Source of the DNA: Minisyncoccia bacterium
Lineage (GTDB): Bacteria; Patescibacteriota; Minisyncoccia; SW-4-49-11
Assembly (NCBI GenBank): GCA_044356725.1
Contig: JBIKVS010000002.1
Span: forward strand, 36,023-100,022
Direction: 5' to 3'
Length of the DNA stretch: 64,000 nucleotides
The translations under genes were made by a program, and so were the position numbers. A model generated the notes under the pieces. It made no database searches and was not told the origin of the DNA. It worked only from the letters and a program-made list of their open reading frames with translations. The stretch's first letter is position 1; every line of letters begins with the position of its first letter. Below, piece after piece: positions 30,288 through 40,119 of this stretch.

Positions 30288-31558
30288 ACCTTATCAATTA
30301 ATCCTAGTAACTTAGATACTTCCTGTGGCCAATTATGTTTAGCTAAATCTTCCTGTTGCCTTGTTAAAAGGTCAACTCTAGCATCTTTACCCTGAATGAA
30401 ATGTAAGATACTATTTGCAAAGGCCTCAATATCATAATAGGCAAAAGTAGGAGTGGATGGAACCACACTAATAAATCCACTAGTCTCCGAGGCGATAGTA
30501 GGGACGCCTGAGCGAATTGCCTCAAGAGCAGTCAAACCAAAAGGCTCATTAGGAGATGGCATCACGAATAATTGGCTCGTTTTATAAAGTTGATTTCGTG
30601 AATTTTCATTCACCCAACCTGTAAATAAAATATTTCTCTCTAACTTTCTTTTCGCCACATGCTCTACAATTTCTGGCAATAAATTACCTTCTGTAGACCC
30701 ATCTCCTGCAATAATAAAAGTCACTTGAGAGTCAATTTGTAAGACTCTGACCGCCGTCTCGAGAAGGAAAAATAAACCTTTCTGCCCAACTACCCTACCC
30801 ACAAAAAGCACATTCTTACCCTTATCTAAATGCTCAAAACCAATTTTTTCCGGCTCAAAACTAATATCATTATAAATAGGATAAATTTTATTCTCATCAA
30901 TATTATAGTCTTCAATCAAAATCTGCTTAGATATATCAGAGACAACTGCTACTTTAGAAGCTTGATAAAAACCTTTTTTTTCCAGCTCATACAAAGCCTT
31001 AGCTGTATGGTCATTATTCTGTATATACCCACCCGATCTATCTACCTCACTGGAATTAATATGATAATAAAAAGGTGTCTCAATCTTATGACGCAAAAGC
31101 AAAAAATGAGCAGGGATAGCCATCCAATCCATACCATAAATCACATCAAATTTCTGCTTGTTTTTGGTAAGCCAATCATACACAGCATAGGCATAAGCTC
31201 TGGTCAACACGGGAGCATTATTGGGGTATAAAGTTTCTTTTTTATTCTCACCCTTGCTATACAATAAAGGCCATTTGATATTATTTTGTTTCTTTTTACC
31301 TTTTGGGACAAATTCAGTTAAAGTAAAGTCTTCTAGGCCAGGAATAGGACTGTCTGTTTTCGCATATTTTTTGACAGCAGTTTCTAATGATATTATATCA
31401 GGGATATTATCAGCATTATGAGGGACTAGAACTGTAACCTCAGCACCTTGACTTCTTAGCTCATCTACCAAACTTCTCACCAAAACCCCCAAACCACCTT
31501 CCATCAAAGGCAAAATCTCCCAAGATAAAATCAGAATTTTTTTGGGAGTTTGTACCAT
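30284..31558 (-). CDS. Glycogen synthase-like GT4 glycosyltransferase
   Basis: ILILSWEILPLMEGGLGV, MDWM, FVGRVVGQKG and PSPNEPFGLTALEA. Confidence 0.85.
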   Translation of the reverse strand: MVQTPKKILILSWEILPLMEGGLGVLVRSLVDELRSQGAEVTVLVPHNADNIPDIISLETAVKKYAKTDSPIPGLEDFTLTEFVPKGKKKQNNIKWPLLYSKGENKKETLYPNNAPVLTRAYAYAVYDWLTKNKQKFDVIYGMDWMAIPAHFLLLRHKIETPFYYHINSSEVDRSGGYIQNNDHTAKALYELEKKGFYQASKVAVVSDISKQILIEDYNIDENKIYPIYNDISFEPEKIGFEHLDKGKNVLFVGRVVGQKGLFFLLETAVRVLQIDSQVTFIIAGDGSTEGNLLPEIVEHVAKRKLERNILFTGWVNENSRNQLYKTSQLFVMPSPNEPFGLTALEAIRSGVPTIASETSGFISVVPSTPTFAYYDIEAFANSILHFIQGKDARVDLLTRQQEDLAKHNWPQEVSKLLGLIDKV

Positions 31559-31629
31559 ATTTATAATATATTATATTTCTTATATTATATCATAAAATTT
31601 TAAAATAGGCGAATTTGTGTAAACCAATC

Positions 31630-33150
31630 TTACAAGATTCTTTTATATAAAGAATATCCCTCTTGATTATCCATATTAGGAGCTAATACCCTCACACTAT
31701 TCGGAGCCATAGTAATATTTAATAACCCTGCATAACCTCCTAAAGGTTCTGTTTTCCCTGTATATAATAAATCTTTAAGCATAGCCACTTCTGTAATAGC
31801 CCCATTTCGCCATTGTATATGTTCTGTAACAGCATAATCATTTGGATTTATAATAATCAAAACCGTATCAGCAACATTATTAGTATATCTTTCAAAAGCT
31901 AATAATTGATGAGCAGGAGCTATACGAAAATCACCTATTCTCAAAGCTCTATTTTGTTTATGTAAATTGATAAGGCTTTGTATCCATTCTAAATCAGGGT
32001 GATTTTGCTCTACTTTATCCCACTCCATAGCCCCTCTTTGTTCTGGGTCCCAGTGACCTGTCATCCCAATTTCACTACCATAATAAATATTGGGTGATCC
32101 TGGTAAAGTAAATTGTAAAACTTGAGCCAATTTTCTTTTGGCATTGTCAGGTATTCTAGAAGCTAATCGCTCTAAATCATGATTATCTAAAAATATCCAA
32201 CTCTTCAGTAAAGATTCTATTCCTATATCTTTGACCATATGCCTAAGCATATAAGCTACTGTTTCGACTTTGATTTCTCCCTCTAACATTAATATAATTA
32301 AACTTCTCAAATGATAATTCACAACCCCATCCATAGCAGGCATCCAACCAGCTGGATAATTGATAATCTCCCCTACCACTAAAGAATTTTCTTTTTCTTG
32401 ATGCGAAACTGCTGTAATTTGGGATAAAAAGTTATGCCCCAAATCATAAGCAGTATCCAATCTTAAACCATCAATATCATCCTGCATATATGCTCTAATA
32501 ACTGAATCTTGAGCTTGCCATAAATACTCTTGTACTGCGGGATTTTCTAAATTTAATTCTGGTAAATTGAGTTGACCTCGCCAAGTACAAGCTCCTCCTG
32601 GTAAATTTTCATCAAAATAAAACCATTCCCTCCAAATACTATTAGGATTATGCATTGCATCTTGAAACTGAGTAGAATTTCGTCCAATATGATTAAAGAC
32701 GCCATCTAGAATTAATTTCATACCTCGCTTATGTAGATTCTCAGCTAATTTTCTCAAGTCTTCTCTAGAACCAAGCTCTGGAGAAATTTGCTTAAAATCT
32801 AAACAATCATATTTATGATTCGTAAAACCTAGTTGAATAGGACTTAAATATAAAACCTCAACACCCAAACTCTGTATATAATCTAATTTACTAATTAAAC
32901 TTGCTAAATCCCCTCCCCAAAATTCCAATTCTTGACTATATACTTTTAACTCCTCAATATACTCCCCTGCTGTGGGCTTATCATTCCAATTTTTAAGAAC
33001 TCTAGGAGCTGAATATAAGTCTTTTTTAGCTTCTAAATTCAAACTAGGAGCAAATCTATCGACAATAACTTGATACACAGTAGCCCCATTTCGCCAATCT
33101 AATTCTCTTGCCTGATAAACATCTATATTATCTTGACTGTAATCTGACAT
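31630..33150 (-). CDS. GH13 alpha-amylase / neopullulanase-like glycosidase
   Basis: YQVIVDRF, GGDL, NHKYD, LDGVFNH, DGLRLD, VGE and LDNHD catalytic regions. Confidence 0.92.
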   Translation of the reverse strand: MSDYSQDNIDVYQARELDWRNGATVYQVIVDRFAPSLNLEAKKDLYSAPRVLKNWNDKPTAGEYIEELKVYSQELEFWGGDLASLISKLDYIQSLGVEVLYLSPIQLGFTNHKYDCLDFKQISPELGSREDLRKLAENLHKRGMKLILDGVFNHIGRNSTQFQDAMHNPNSIWREWFYFDENLPGGACTWRGQLNLPELNLENPAVQEYLWQAQDSVIRAYMQDDIDGLRLDTAYDLGHNFLSQITAVSHQEKENSLVVGEIINYPAGWMPAMDGVVNYHLRSLIILMLEGEIKVETVAYMLRHMVKDIGIESLLKSWIFLDNHDLERLASRIPDNAKRKLAQVLQFTLPGSPNIYYGSEIGMTGHWDPEQRGAMEWDKVEQNHPDLEWIQSLINLHKQNRALRIGDFRIAPAHQLLAFERYTNNVADTVLIIINPNDYAVTEHIQWRNGAITEVAMLKDLLYTGKTEPLGGYAGLLNITMAPNSVRVLAPNMDNQEGYSLYKRIL

Positions 33151-33197
33151 TATTGAATTTAATATTATTATATTTATAATAGCATAAATTAAGAAAA

Positions 33198-33328
33198 GTA
33201 TGAATGGTGAGTTGTGAGTTCCGTAGGGGCGACCTTACAGTCGCCTGAGTCCTCCCTACATTAGAGTAATGTCGGCGAGTACATCGACTCTACAAAATTC
33301 ATAATTTATAATTCACAATTTATAATTA
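33198..33328. repeat. Composite palindromic element, copy E
   Basis: Heptamer tracts at both ends; gtaggggcgaccttacagtcgcctg and tgtcggcgagtacatcgactctac in inverted orientation (GTAG...CTAC). Confidence 0.85.
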
Positions 33329-33332
33329 TCTC

Positions 33333-36209
33333 CTATTCCAAAACTGTAATCTGGACTGAGATTTGTTCCTGTTCGAATTTGAAAGTATGAGTATTGGCTG
33401 ATTCGTCTAAATTACCAAAAACCCATTCTACTACTCCAACTGGCTGGCTGATAGTATCTTGATATTTATTGATTAAAGCTTGAATCTCTGTTGAAGCTTG
33501 TATTGCTAATCTAATATTCTGCTCTTTAGATAATTTGGAGTTCTTACGGGTAATTTGTAAGTTTCTGATTAACTCTCGGACTAGTCCTTCTTCTTTTAGT
33601 TCTGGAGTAATTGTATCATCTAAGCTCAAAGTAAGTCCCTGATATTGAATTATATTATCTGAGACTTTTTGAGCTGAGACTTCTTTAACATTAATTTCAG
33701 TTTTGATAATCTCTTGCATCCAAGTCTCTAATTCTATACCCTCGACTCCCATTGCTTGTAATGGTTGTCTAACTTTGATGGCTGAGACTTCTCTTAATTT
33801 GAACCCTTGTTCTAGAATTCCTTTGACTTGCTCTACTTTTTCTAATAATTGGGTATCCACTTGTCCTGTATATTCTGGATATATACTTAGGTGAATGGAC
33901 TCTACTGCCTCGGCATTTTGACTTACCACTAATTCCTGATATAGATATTCTGTGATAAATGGAGCAAATGGAGCTAAGAGATGAATCAAAGTCACAAAAT
34001 TATTATACAGCGATTGTAAAAATTCTATGTCGCCATTGGCAAAATCTGTACGAGCGGTGCGAATATACCATTTAGAGATATCCTCCATACAAGCTTTGAT
34101 TTCTCTTGTAGCTTGTGGGATACGATAATTATCTAATGCCTGATTGACTTCCTTAACTGCTTGATTAACTCTAGTATATAGCCATTGATTTTTTGGATTT
34201 AATGGATTATGTTCTCCGCCTTGAGGTTTCCAATCACTGACATTAGCATAAGTTACCAAAAAGCTATACATATTCCAAAGTGGTAATAGGTATTCTTGAG
34301 TAATGATTTTGACTGTTTTAGCTGAGACTGTAGTGTCCTCTCCAGATGAAATTGGGGTGGAGAAAAAGTTTAACCGCAGAGCATCGGCTCCGAATTGGTC
34401 AATCAAATCAATTGGATTGGCATAATTTTTCTTACTCTTTGATAGTTTTTGCCCGTCGTCAGCCAATACTAACCCATTTACAATTACACTTTTATAGCTT
34501 GGTTTATCGAATAAAGCCGTAGACAATGCTAATAATGAATAAAACCAACCTCTAGTCTGGTCTACTCCCTCAGCAATATATTCTGCTGGAAATTTGGACT
34601 CAAACAATTCCTTGTTCTCAAATGGATAGTGAAATCTAGCAAATGGCATCGCTCCAGAATCATACCAGACATCTAATACATCTGGAATTCGGTGATACTC
34701 TTCTCCGTCTATATTAAAGGTAATATCATCTACAAAGGGTCGATGCGGGTCATTAAGTTTAACCCCAGATAATTCCTCAAGCTCAGCGAATGAGCCTATA
34801 ATTTTAGTTTTCCCTGATTCAGACTTCCAAACTGGCAAAGGAGTACCCCAATATCTGGTACGAGAAATTCCCCAATCTTTGACTTCTTTTAGCCAATTAC
34901 CAAATCGCCCTTCTTTGATATGTTCAGGAATCCAATTGATACTATTATTATTAAAAACTAATTTTTCTCTAAGAGTACTCATAGATACATACCAAGATGT
35001 AATTGGCTTATAAATTAAAGGGGTATTAGTCCGCCAACACATTGGTAAATCATGCTCATAATCCTCTACTTTGAAGAGTTTATTAGCTTGTTTTAAGTCC
35101 TCAATTATATATTTATTAGCTTTGCGGTAAAACATACCAGCATAATTAGGAATAGCATCAGTAAAATCTCCCTGATCATTAATAACATCCACCGATACTA
35201 TACCTACCTTTTGGAAAATTTCATTATCCTCCGCACCATAAGGGGCGAGATGCACAATTCCAGTTCCTGAATCAGTAGTCACATAATCTCCTTCATAAAT
35301 CACAAACGCATTTTCTTTACCCACAAAATAATCAAATAAAGGCTTATAGGTCTTGCCTAATAAATCCTGCCCCTTATATTCTGCGATTACCTCATATTCA
35401 CTGCCGAAAACACTCTCCGCTAAGTCACGAGCTACAATATATTGCTCTTCAGTGTTAGGAATTTTAACCTGAATATAGTCAATCTTACTATTCACAGCCA
35501 GAGCAAAGTTAGTCGGTAAAGTCCAAGGTGTAGTAGTCCAAGCTAATACAAAAACATTAGGGCTATCTGTTAGCTCAAATTTAATCGTCACGGCTGGATC
35601 GACTTGTTTTTTATATCCTCCAAGAGCCACTTCAGCATTAGATAAAGTTGTCCCCGCTCGAGTGGAATATGGGACAACCTTGAAGCCTTCATAAAGTAGT
35701 CCTTTATTATATAATTCAGACAAGCTCCACCAAATAGATTCTATATAATTATCATCCATAGTGGCATATTCCTCATCGGAATTGGTGAGTCTTCCAATTT
35801 TATATTCAAGCTCAATAATTCCTTCTCGGTGTGCAGAGACAGACTCTCGGCAAAGTTGATTGAATTTATCGATACCATAGTCTTCTATGTCTTTTTTTTG
35901 TTGGAAACCTAATTTCTTCTCCACCTCATATTCTACTGGGATACCCTGACAATCCCAACCAAGACTACGAGTTACTCGATATCCTTTCATAGTCCAATAT
36001 CTTGGCATTATGTCTTTTAAAGCAAATGTTAGCATATGTCCAGCATGAGGTTCCCCATTAGCTGTAATTGGTCCATCATAAAAAGCTTTAGTCCTGTCAG
36101 CCGGTCTAGAATCTATAGATTTTTGTAGAATATTTTCAACTTTCCAAAACTCTAAAGTTTGTTTTTCTAACTCTGCAAAAGATACATTATAGGGTGGCTT
36201 GGTGAACAT
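33333..36209 (-). CDS. ileS: Isoleucine--tRNA ligase (type 2)
   Basis: YDGPITANGEPHAGH, WTTTPWT, DWGISRTRYWG, EGVDQTRGWFY and KLSKS. Confidence 0.96.
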   Translation of the reverse strand: MFTKPPYNVSFAELEKQTLEFWKVENILQKSIDSRPADRTKAFYDGPITANGEPHAGHMLTFALKDIMPRYWTMKGYRVTRSLGWDCQGIPVEYEVEKKLGFQQKKDIEDYGIDKFNQLCRESVSAHREGIIELEYKIGRLTNSDEEYATMDDNYIESIWWSLSELYNKGLLYEGFKVVPYSTRAGTTLSNAEVALGGYKKQVDPAVTIKFELTDSPNVFVLAWTTTPWTLPTNFALAVNSKIDYIQVKIPNTEEQYIVARDLAESVFGSEYEVIAEYKGQDLLGKTYKPLFDYFVGKENAFVIYEGDYVTTDSGTGIVHLAPYGAEDNEIFQKVGIVSVDVINDQGDFTDAIPNYAGMFYRKANKYIIEDLKQANKLFKVEDYEHDLPMCWRTNTPLIYKPITSWYVSMSTLREKLVFNNNSINWIPEHIKEGRFGNWLKEVKDWGISRTRYWGTPLPVWKSESGKTKIIGSFAELEELSGVKLNDPHRPFVDDITFNIDGEEYHRIPDVLDVWYDSGAMPFARFHYPFENKELFESKFPAEYIAEGVDQTRGWFYSLLALSTALFDKPSYKSVIVNGLVLADDGQKLSKSKKNYANPIDLIDQFGADALRLNFFSTPISSGEDTTVSAKTVKIITQEYLLPLWNMYSFLVTYANVSDWKPQGGEHNPLNPKNQWLYTRVNQAVKEVNQALDNYRIPQATREIKACMEDISKWYIRTARTDFANGDIEFLQSLYNNFVTLIHLLAPFAPFITEYLYQELVVSQNAEAVESIHLSIYPEYTGQVDTQLLEKVEQVKGILEQGFKLREVSAIKVRQPLQAMGVEGIELETWMQEIIKTEINVKEVSAQKVSDNIIQYQGLTLSLDDTITPELKEEGLVRELIRNLQITRKNSKLSKEQNIRLAIQASTEIQALINKYQDTISQPVGVVEWVFGNLDESANTHTFKFEQEQISVQITVLE

Positions 36210-36464
36210 ATTATTTTATTATATAACTAATCTATTATTAATATGTAGTGTAGCATAAGTCAGTATAGTATTCAAGATAAAAAAACCTAATCTTCTGTAT
36301 TAGATATATATAATGTCTTTCGTGTTCTATAAATTTCTTTCGAACATTGTATCGTCAGATATACAGTGAGAAAAAATTTGATAGAACTACAGAAAGACCA
36401 GATACTAGGATACATATAATTTAACTTCCTTTTCAATTCACCTAAAAAGGTATATAATATTTAC

Positions 36465-36601
36465 AAGCCTTCAGAATGGGGTTGCGAAAAATTGAAGCCC
36501 ACCTTGACTTACAGGGAAAAATATATTATTTTCCGATGTTTATATAAAGGGATTCAGACGCAGTATAGCAATATACATCACCCCTGCATTGAGGGCTTTT
36601 T
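36465..36601 (+). ncRNA. Candidate rod-shaped structured RNA (6S-like architecture)
   Basis: TATAAT at 36453-36458; closing stem aagccttca/tgagggctt followed by a T-run; inner stems tgaagccc/gggattca and ggaaaa/ttttcc; asymmetric central bubble. Confidence 0.45.
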
Positions 36602-36672
36602 ATATTGGGGAAAGAAAAAAGCCGACCACTGGGTAGTCGGAAAGGAGTCTTTGTCTTGAGTGATTAGGTAAA

Positions 36673-36858
36673 TTACCGATCTCTCCAATCTGGGATTACT
36701 GGTGCTTCGATTACTTCGCCACAATCGGCTTGATATAGCTTAGTTGCAGGAGGAAATGCATAGACATGTTTTTGTGGTTCTTCATTGGTTGGGTTACCAG
36801 TTGAACCAAAATTTTGCTCTTGATCCATCTCTTTGTTAGTTGATCGAACATTCCCCAT
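36673..36858 (-). CDS. Small hypothetical protein (probable start at MDQEQ, since the first ATG overlaps the -10 box)
   Basis: Lies between a consensus promoter (36857-36884) and a terminator (ccgactacccagtggtcggc + T-run, about 36611-36641). Confidence 0.45.
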   Translation of the reverse strand: MGNVRSTNKEMDQEQNFGSTGNPTNEEPQKHVYAFPPATKLYQADCGEVIEAPVIPDWRDR

Positions 36859-37140
36859 TATACTCCACCGAATAAATCTGTCAAGCCTAATTGAGTTATT
36901 TCATCAATCAAACAAAATATTAGCCTGATTATAAATGGGTTGAATGAGTAAGCTACACTTTTATCTTTTGTCCTTGAAAGACTAGTTTCAAAATATGAGG
37001 ATGTATGATATGGTTGTTTTATATTGTGTATTAGCTTTAAAATAACATAAAATCTTAAGACTATCGTTTGATTTGGAACCATTTTGAAAAATCTCCAATC
37101 AGAACATTCCCAATTATACTCTCCTCAATAAATCTGTCAA
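36857..37140 (-). promoter_or_regulatory. Two duplicated sigma70 consensus promoters (TTGACA-16-TATAAT) at 36857-36884 and 37113-37140
   Basis: Roughly 50-bp direct repeat caattag(g/t)cttgacagatttatt....gagtataat(g/t)gggaatgttc. Confidence 0.75.
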
Positions 37141-37190
37141 GACTAATTGAATTTTGTTTACTCTCAAGCTGTATGTTATAATAAAATTAT

Positions 37191-37739
37191 ATGAAAATAA
37201 TACCAACCAAAATTCCAGATGTACTAATCATAGAACCTCAAGTTTTTAAAGATAGTCGAGGTTATTTTGTAGAAACCTATAATCAAGCTAAATTTGAAGC
37301 TAATGGTCTTAAATATAATTTTGTGCAAGATAATCAATCATTTTCCCAGTATGGTACAATTCGGGGCTTACATTTTCAGACTGGAGAATATGCCCAAGCT
37401 AAATTAGTCCGAGCTATGCAAGGCACAGTGCTAGATGTAGTGGTGGACTTGAGGGAAAATTCTCATACTAAAGGTCAGTATGTAGCCGTAGAATTATCTG
37501 ATACCAATTTCAGACAATTATTGATCCCGAGAGGGTTTGCTCATGGCTTTGCGGTATTATCAGAGACTGCAATCTTTGCCTATAAATGTGACAATATCTA
37601 CCATAAAGACTCAGAGGCTGGTATTTTATACTCCGATACTGAACTACAGATTGACTGGCAAATACCAACGGACAAACAAATTATCTCGGACAAAGACCAA
37701 ACTTGGCTAACATTACAAGAATATTTACAAAAAATATGA
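37191..37739 (+). CDS. rfbC: dTDP-4-dehydrorhamnose 3,5-epimerase
   Basis: DSRGYF, FVQDNQS, RGLHFQ, GFAHGF and YKCD. Confidence 0.96.
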   Translation: MKIIPTKIPDVLIIEPQVFKDSRGYFVETYNQAKFEANGLKYNFVQDNQSFSQYGTIRGLHFQTGEYAQAKLVRAMQGTVLDVVVDLRENSHTKGQYVAVELSDTNFRQLLIPRGFAHGFAVLSETAIFAYKCDNIYHKDSEAGILYSDTELQIDWQIPTDKQIISDKDQTWLTLQEYLQKI

Positions 37740-38572
37740 TATTAATCACAGGAGCTAATGGACAATTAGGACAGACATTTAGAACTTTAATCTCCCCCAA
37801 GCAAGCTATTTTCAAAGGGAGAGAATTAGATATTACCAACTTTGAGCTAGTAGAAGATTTTATTGCTAAGCATTCTGTTACTGCAATTATCAATGCAGCC
37901 GCCTATACTGCGGTTGACTTAGCTGAGACTGAATCTGCTCTGGCATTTCATATTAATAGTTTTGGGGCTCGTAATCTTGCCTTAATTAGTCAGAAATTTG
38001 AAATTCCACTAATACATATATCAACCGACTATGTCTTTGATGGGACAAATTATAAACCCTATGTTGAGACAGATATACCCAATCCAATTTCAACTTATGG
38101 TAAGTCCAAATTAGAGGGTGAAGAAGCCGTCTTAGAATTAGCCCACTCGGCTTATATAATTCGCACATCCTGGTTATATTCAGGTTTTGGAAAGAATTTC
38201 TTAACCAATATTACCAAATTAGCTCTGGAGCGAGAAAGTCTATCGATTGTAGCTGACCAAATTGGAACTCCAACCTATGCTCAAGATTTAGCAGAAGTGA
38301 TTTTAGAATTATTACCAAACTTAGAGGCAGGAACTAGACAAATCCTACATTATTCCAATCAAGGCGTAGCATCTTGGTATGATTTTGCCTATGAAATTAT
38401 CAATTTACAAAATATCGACTGCAAGCTCACACCAATACCAACTACCAGCTACCCCACTCCTGCAGCTAGACCTTATTATTCTATTTTAGATAAAACCTTA
38501 ATCTCTAGTTTACTCCAATCTCCAATTCCACACTGGAAAGACAGTCTCAAAAGGAATCTTATACCTGAATAA
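37736..38572 (+). CDS. rfbD: dTDP-4-dehydrorhamnose reductase (start at ATG 37736, overlapping the rfbC stop)
   Basis: MILITGANGQLG, NAAAYTAVD, ISTDYVFDG, YGKSK and DQIGTPT. Confidence 0.95.
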   Translation: MILITGANGQLGQTFRTLISPKQAIFKGRELDITNFELVEDFIAKHSVTAIINAAAYTAVDLAETESALAFHINSFGARNLALISQKFEIPLIHISTDYVFDGTNYKPYVETDIPNPISTYGKSKLEGEEAVLELAHSAYIIRTSWLYSGFGKNFLTNITKLALERESLSIVADQIGTPTYAQDLAEVILELLPNLEAGTRQILHYSNQGVASWYDFAYEIINLQNIDCKLTPIPTTSYPTPAARPYYSILDKTLISSLLQSPIPHWKDSLKRNLIPE

Positions 38573-39095
38573 AGCTTTTTATTTGCTCTAATCTCTCTTC
38601 TACGCTGCCTCTTGCAATACAATATTGCTCTGGTTTCAACCATAATTGAAGATGCTCTTCCAAAACTTGAGCTACTTGTTCTTGAGACTTTGGATGAGCT
38701 CTTAGATACTCTGGCTCAGCTGGGAATTCCACCGGCAAATATATAATATAATCATATTGCAATAATCTCTCTCTAATTAAAGCTTTATACAAATCTAAAT
38801 CTGTCTTGGACATAGAACTTGCCACCACGGCATAACCAAGATAATCCAAAACCGATCTATCAGTAATAAATCCTTGCTCCCAGATTGAATTTTCTTTCTC
38901 TAATTGATTTAGTAATAAATGCTTTTGAAACACCGCCCGCACATCAGTAGGCAATAATTCAAAATCACTAATACCATTATCCTCCCAGAAGTTCCTAACC
39001 GTTCTCTGTAAAAACTCTAGATTATATTCTTGAGCTAAAGGCTTTACTAAAGTGCTTTTACCAGTACCGTGAGCACCTGTGAGAATAATTTTCAT
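38559..39095 (-). CDS. NadR/Ttd14-like AAA domain P-loop kinase
   Basis: LTGAHGTGKSTL and ITDRSVLDYLGY. Confidence 0.8.
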   Translation of the reverse strand: MKIILTGAHGTGKSTLVKPLAQEYNLEFLQRTVRNFWEDNGISDFELLPTDVRAVFQKHLLLNQLEKENSIWEQGFITDRSVLDYLGYAVVASSMSKTDLDLYKALIRERLLQYDYIIYLPVEFPAEPEYLRAHPKSQEQVAQVLEEHLQLWLKPEQYCIARGSVEERLEQIKSFIQV

Positions 39096-39137
39096 ATTTT
39101 TATGATATAATATTAATATAACTAAATTATAACATAT

Positions 39138-40037
39138 ATGAATATTGGAATTATAGGACTAGGAAGAATGGGAATGGCAATTGCAAAAAGAGCTATTCAA
39201 CACAATCACACTGTATCAGGGTTTGCACCTTCATTAGAAACTAGAGAGTTAGCAGCCACTTTTGGAGTCACACCTTATGAGTCCATCCCTGAATTAGTAG
39301 CTAATCTACCCACACCCAGAACAGTTTGGTTAATGGTACCAGCTGGAGAAATCACCCGCTCTATAATCACTATTTTGGCCGAAATTTTAGAAACTGGCGA
39401 CACCGTGATTGATGGAGGAAATAGTTATTTCAAAGATTCTCAAGCTCAAGCTGAATTATTAGAATCAAAATCAATTAATTTTATTGATGTTGGAACTAGT
39501 GGCGGACTGAAAGGAGAGCAAATTGGATTTTCTCTAATGATAGGAGGACAAAGAGAACTCATGAATTCGTATAATTCCCTTTGGGAGGCTTTAGCAGCCC
39601 CTGAAGCTTATACCTATATTGGACCAGCTGGGTCAGGTCACTTTGTCAAAATGGTACACAATGGAGTAGAGTACGGAATTATGCAAGCTATGGCAGAAGG
39701 TTTTGAGCTAGTCAAAAACGGTCCATATCCTAATCTAGACCTACAACAAGTCTCAAAAGTATGGAAAAACGGATCTATTATTCGGTCATTCTTAATGGAC
39801 TTAGCCTATGATGCCTTCCAAAAAGATGCCAACCTAGATTCTTTAACCGACTATGTAGATGATAATGGAATGGGACGCTGGACCGTAGATACAGCTATTG
39901 AACATGCCGTACCCGCTCCAGTAATTACAGATGCTGTATTTGCAAGATTTAGGTCCAGACAAAATGAATCTTTTGCTGGTAAAGCTCTAGCCGCTCTTCG
40001 CAATGAATTTGGCGGACATGAAGTTAAAAAGAAATAG
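39138..40037 (+). CDS. gnd: 6-phosphogluconate dehydrogenase (decarboxylating, short form)
   Basis: GLGRMG, WLMVPAG, IDGGNS, GHFVKMVHNGVEYG and LRNEFGGH. Confidence 0.95.
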   Translation: MNIGIIGLGRMGMAIAKRAIQHNHTVSGFAPSLETRELAATFGVTPYESIPELVANLPTPRTVWLMVPAGEITRSIITILAEILETGDTVIDGGNSYFKDSQAQAELLESKSINFIDVGTSGGLKGEQIGFSLMIGGQRELMNSYNSLWEALAAPEAYTYIGPAGSGHFVKMVHNGVEYGIMQAMAEGFELVKNGPYPNLDLQQVSKVWKNGSIIRSFLMDLAYDAFQKDANLDSLTDYVDDNGMGRWTVDTAIEHAVPAPVITDAVFARFRSRQNESFAGKALAALRNEFGGHEVKKK

Positions 40038-40119
40038 TTATATACTTTAACTTAATTAAAGAAAAGACCCAGGAATTACCCTGGGTTTTATGGTCATAGA
40101 ATTTTATTCCTCACCTCTA

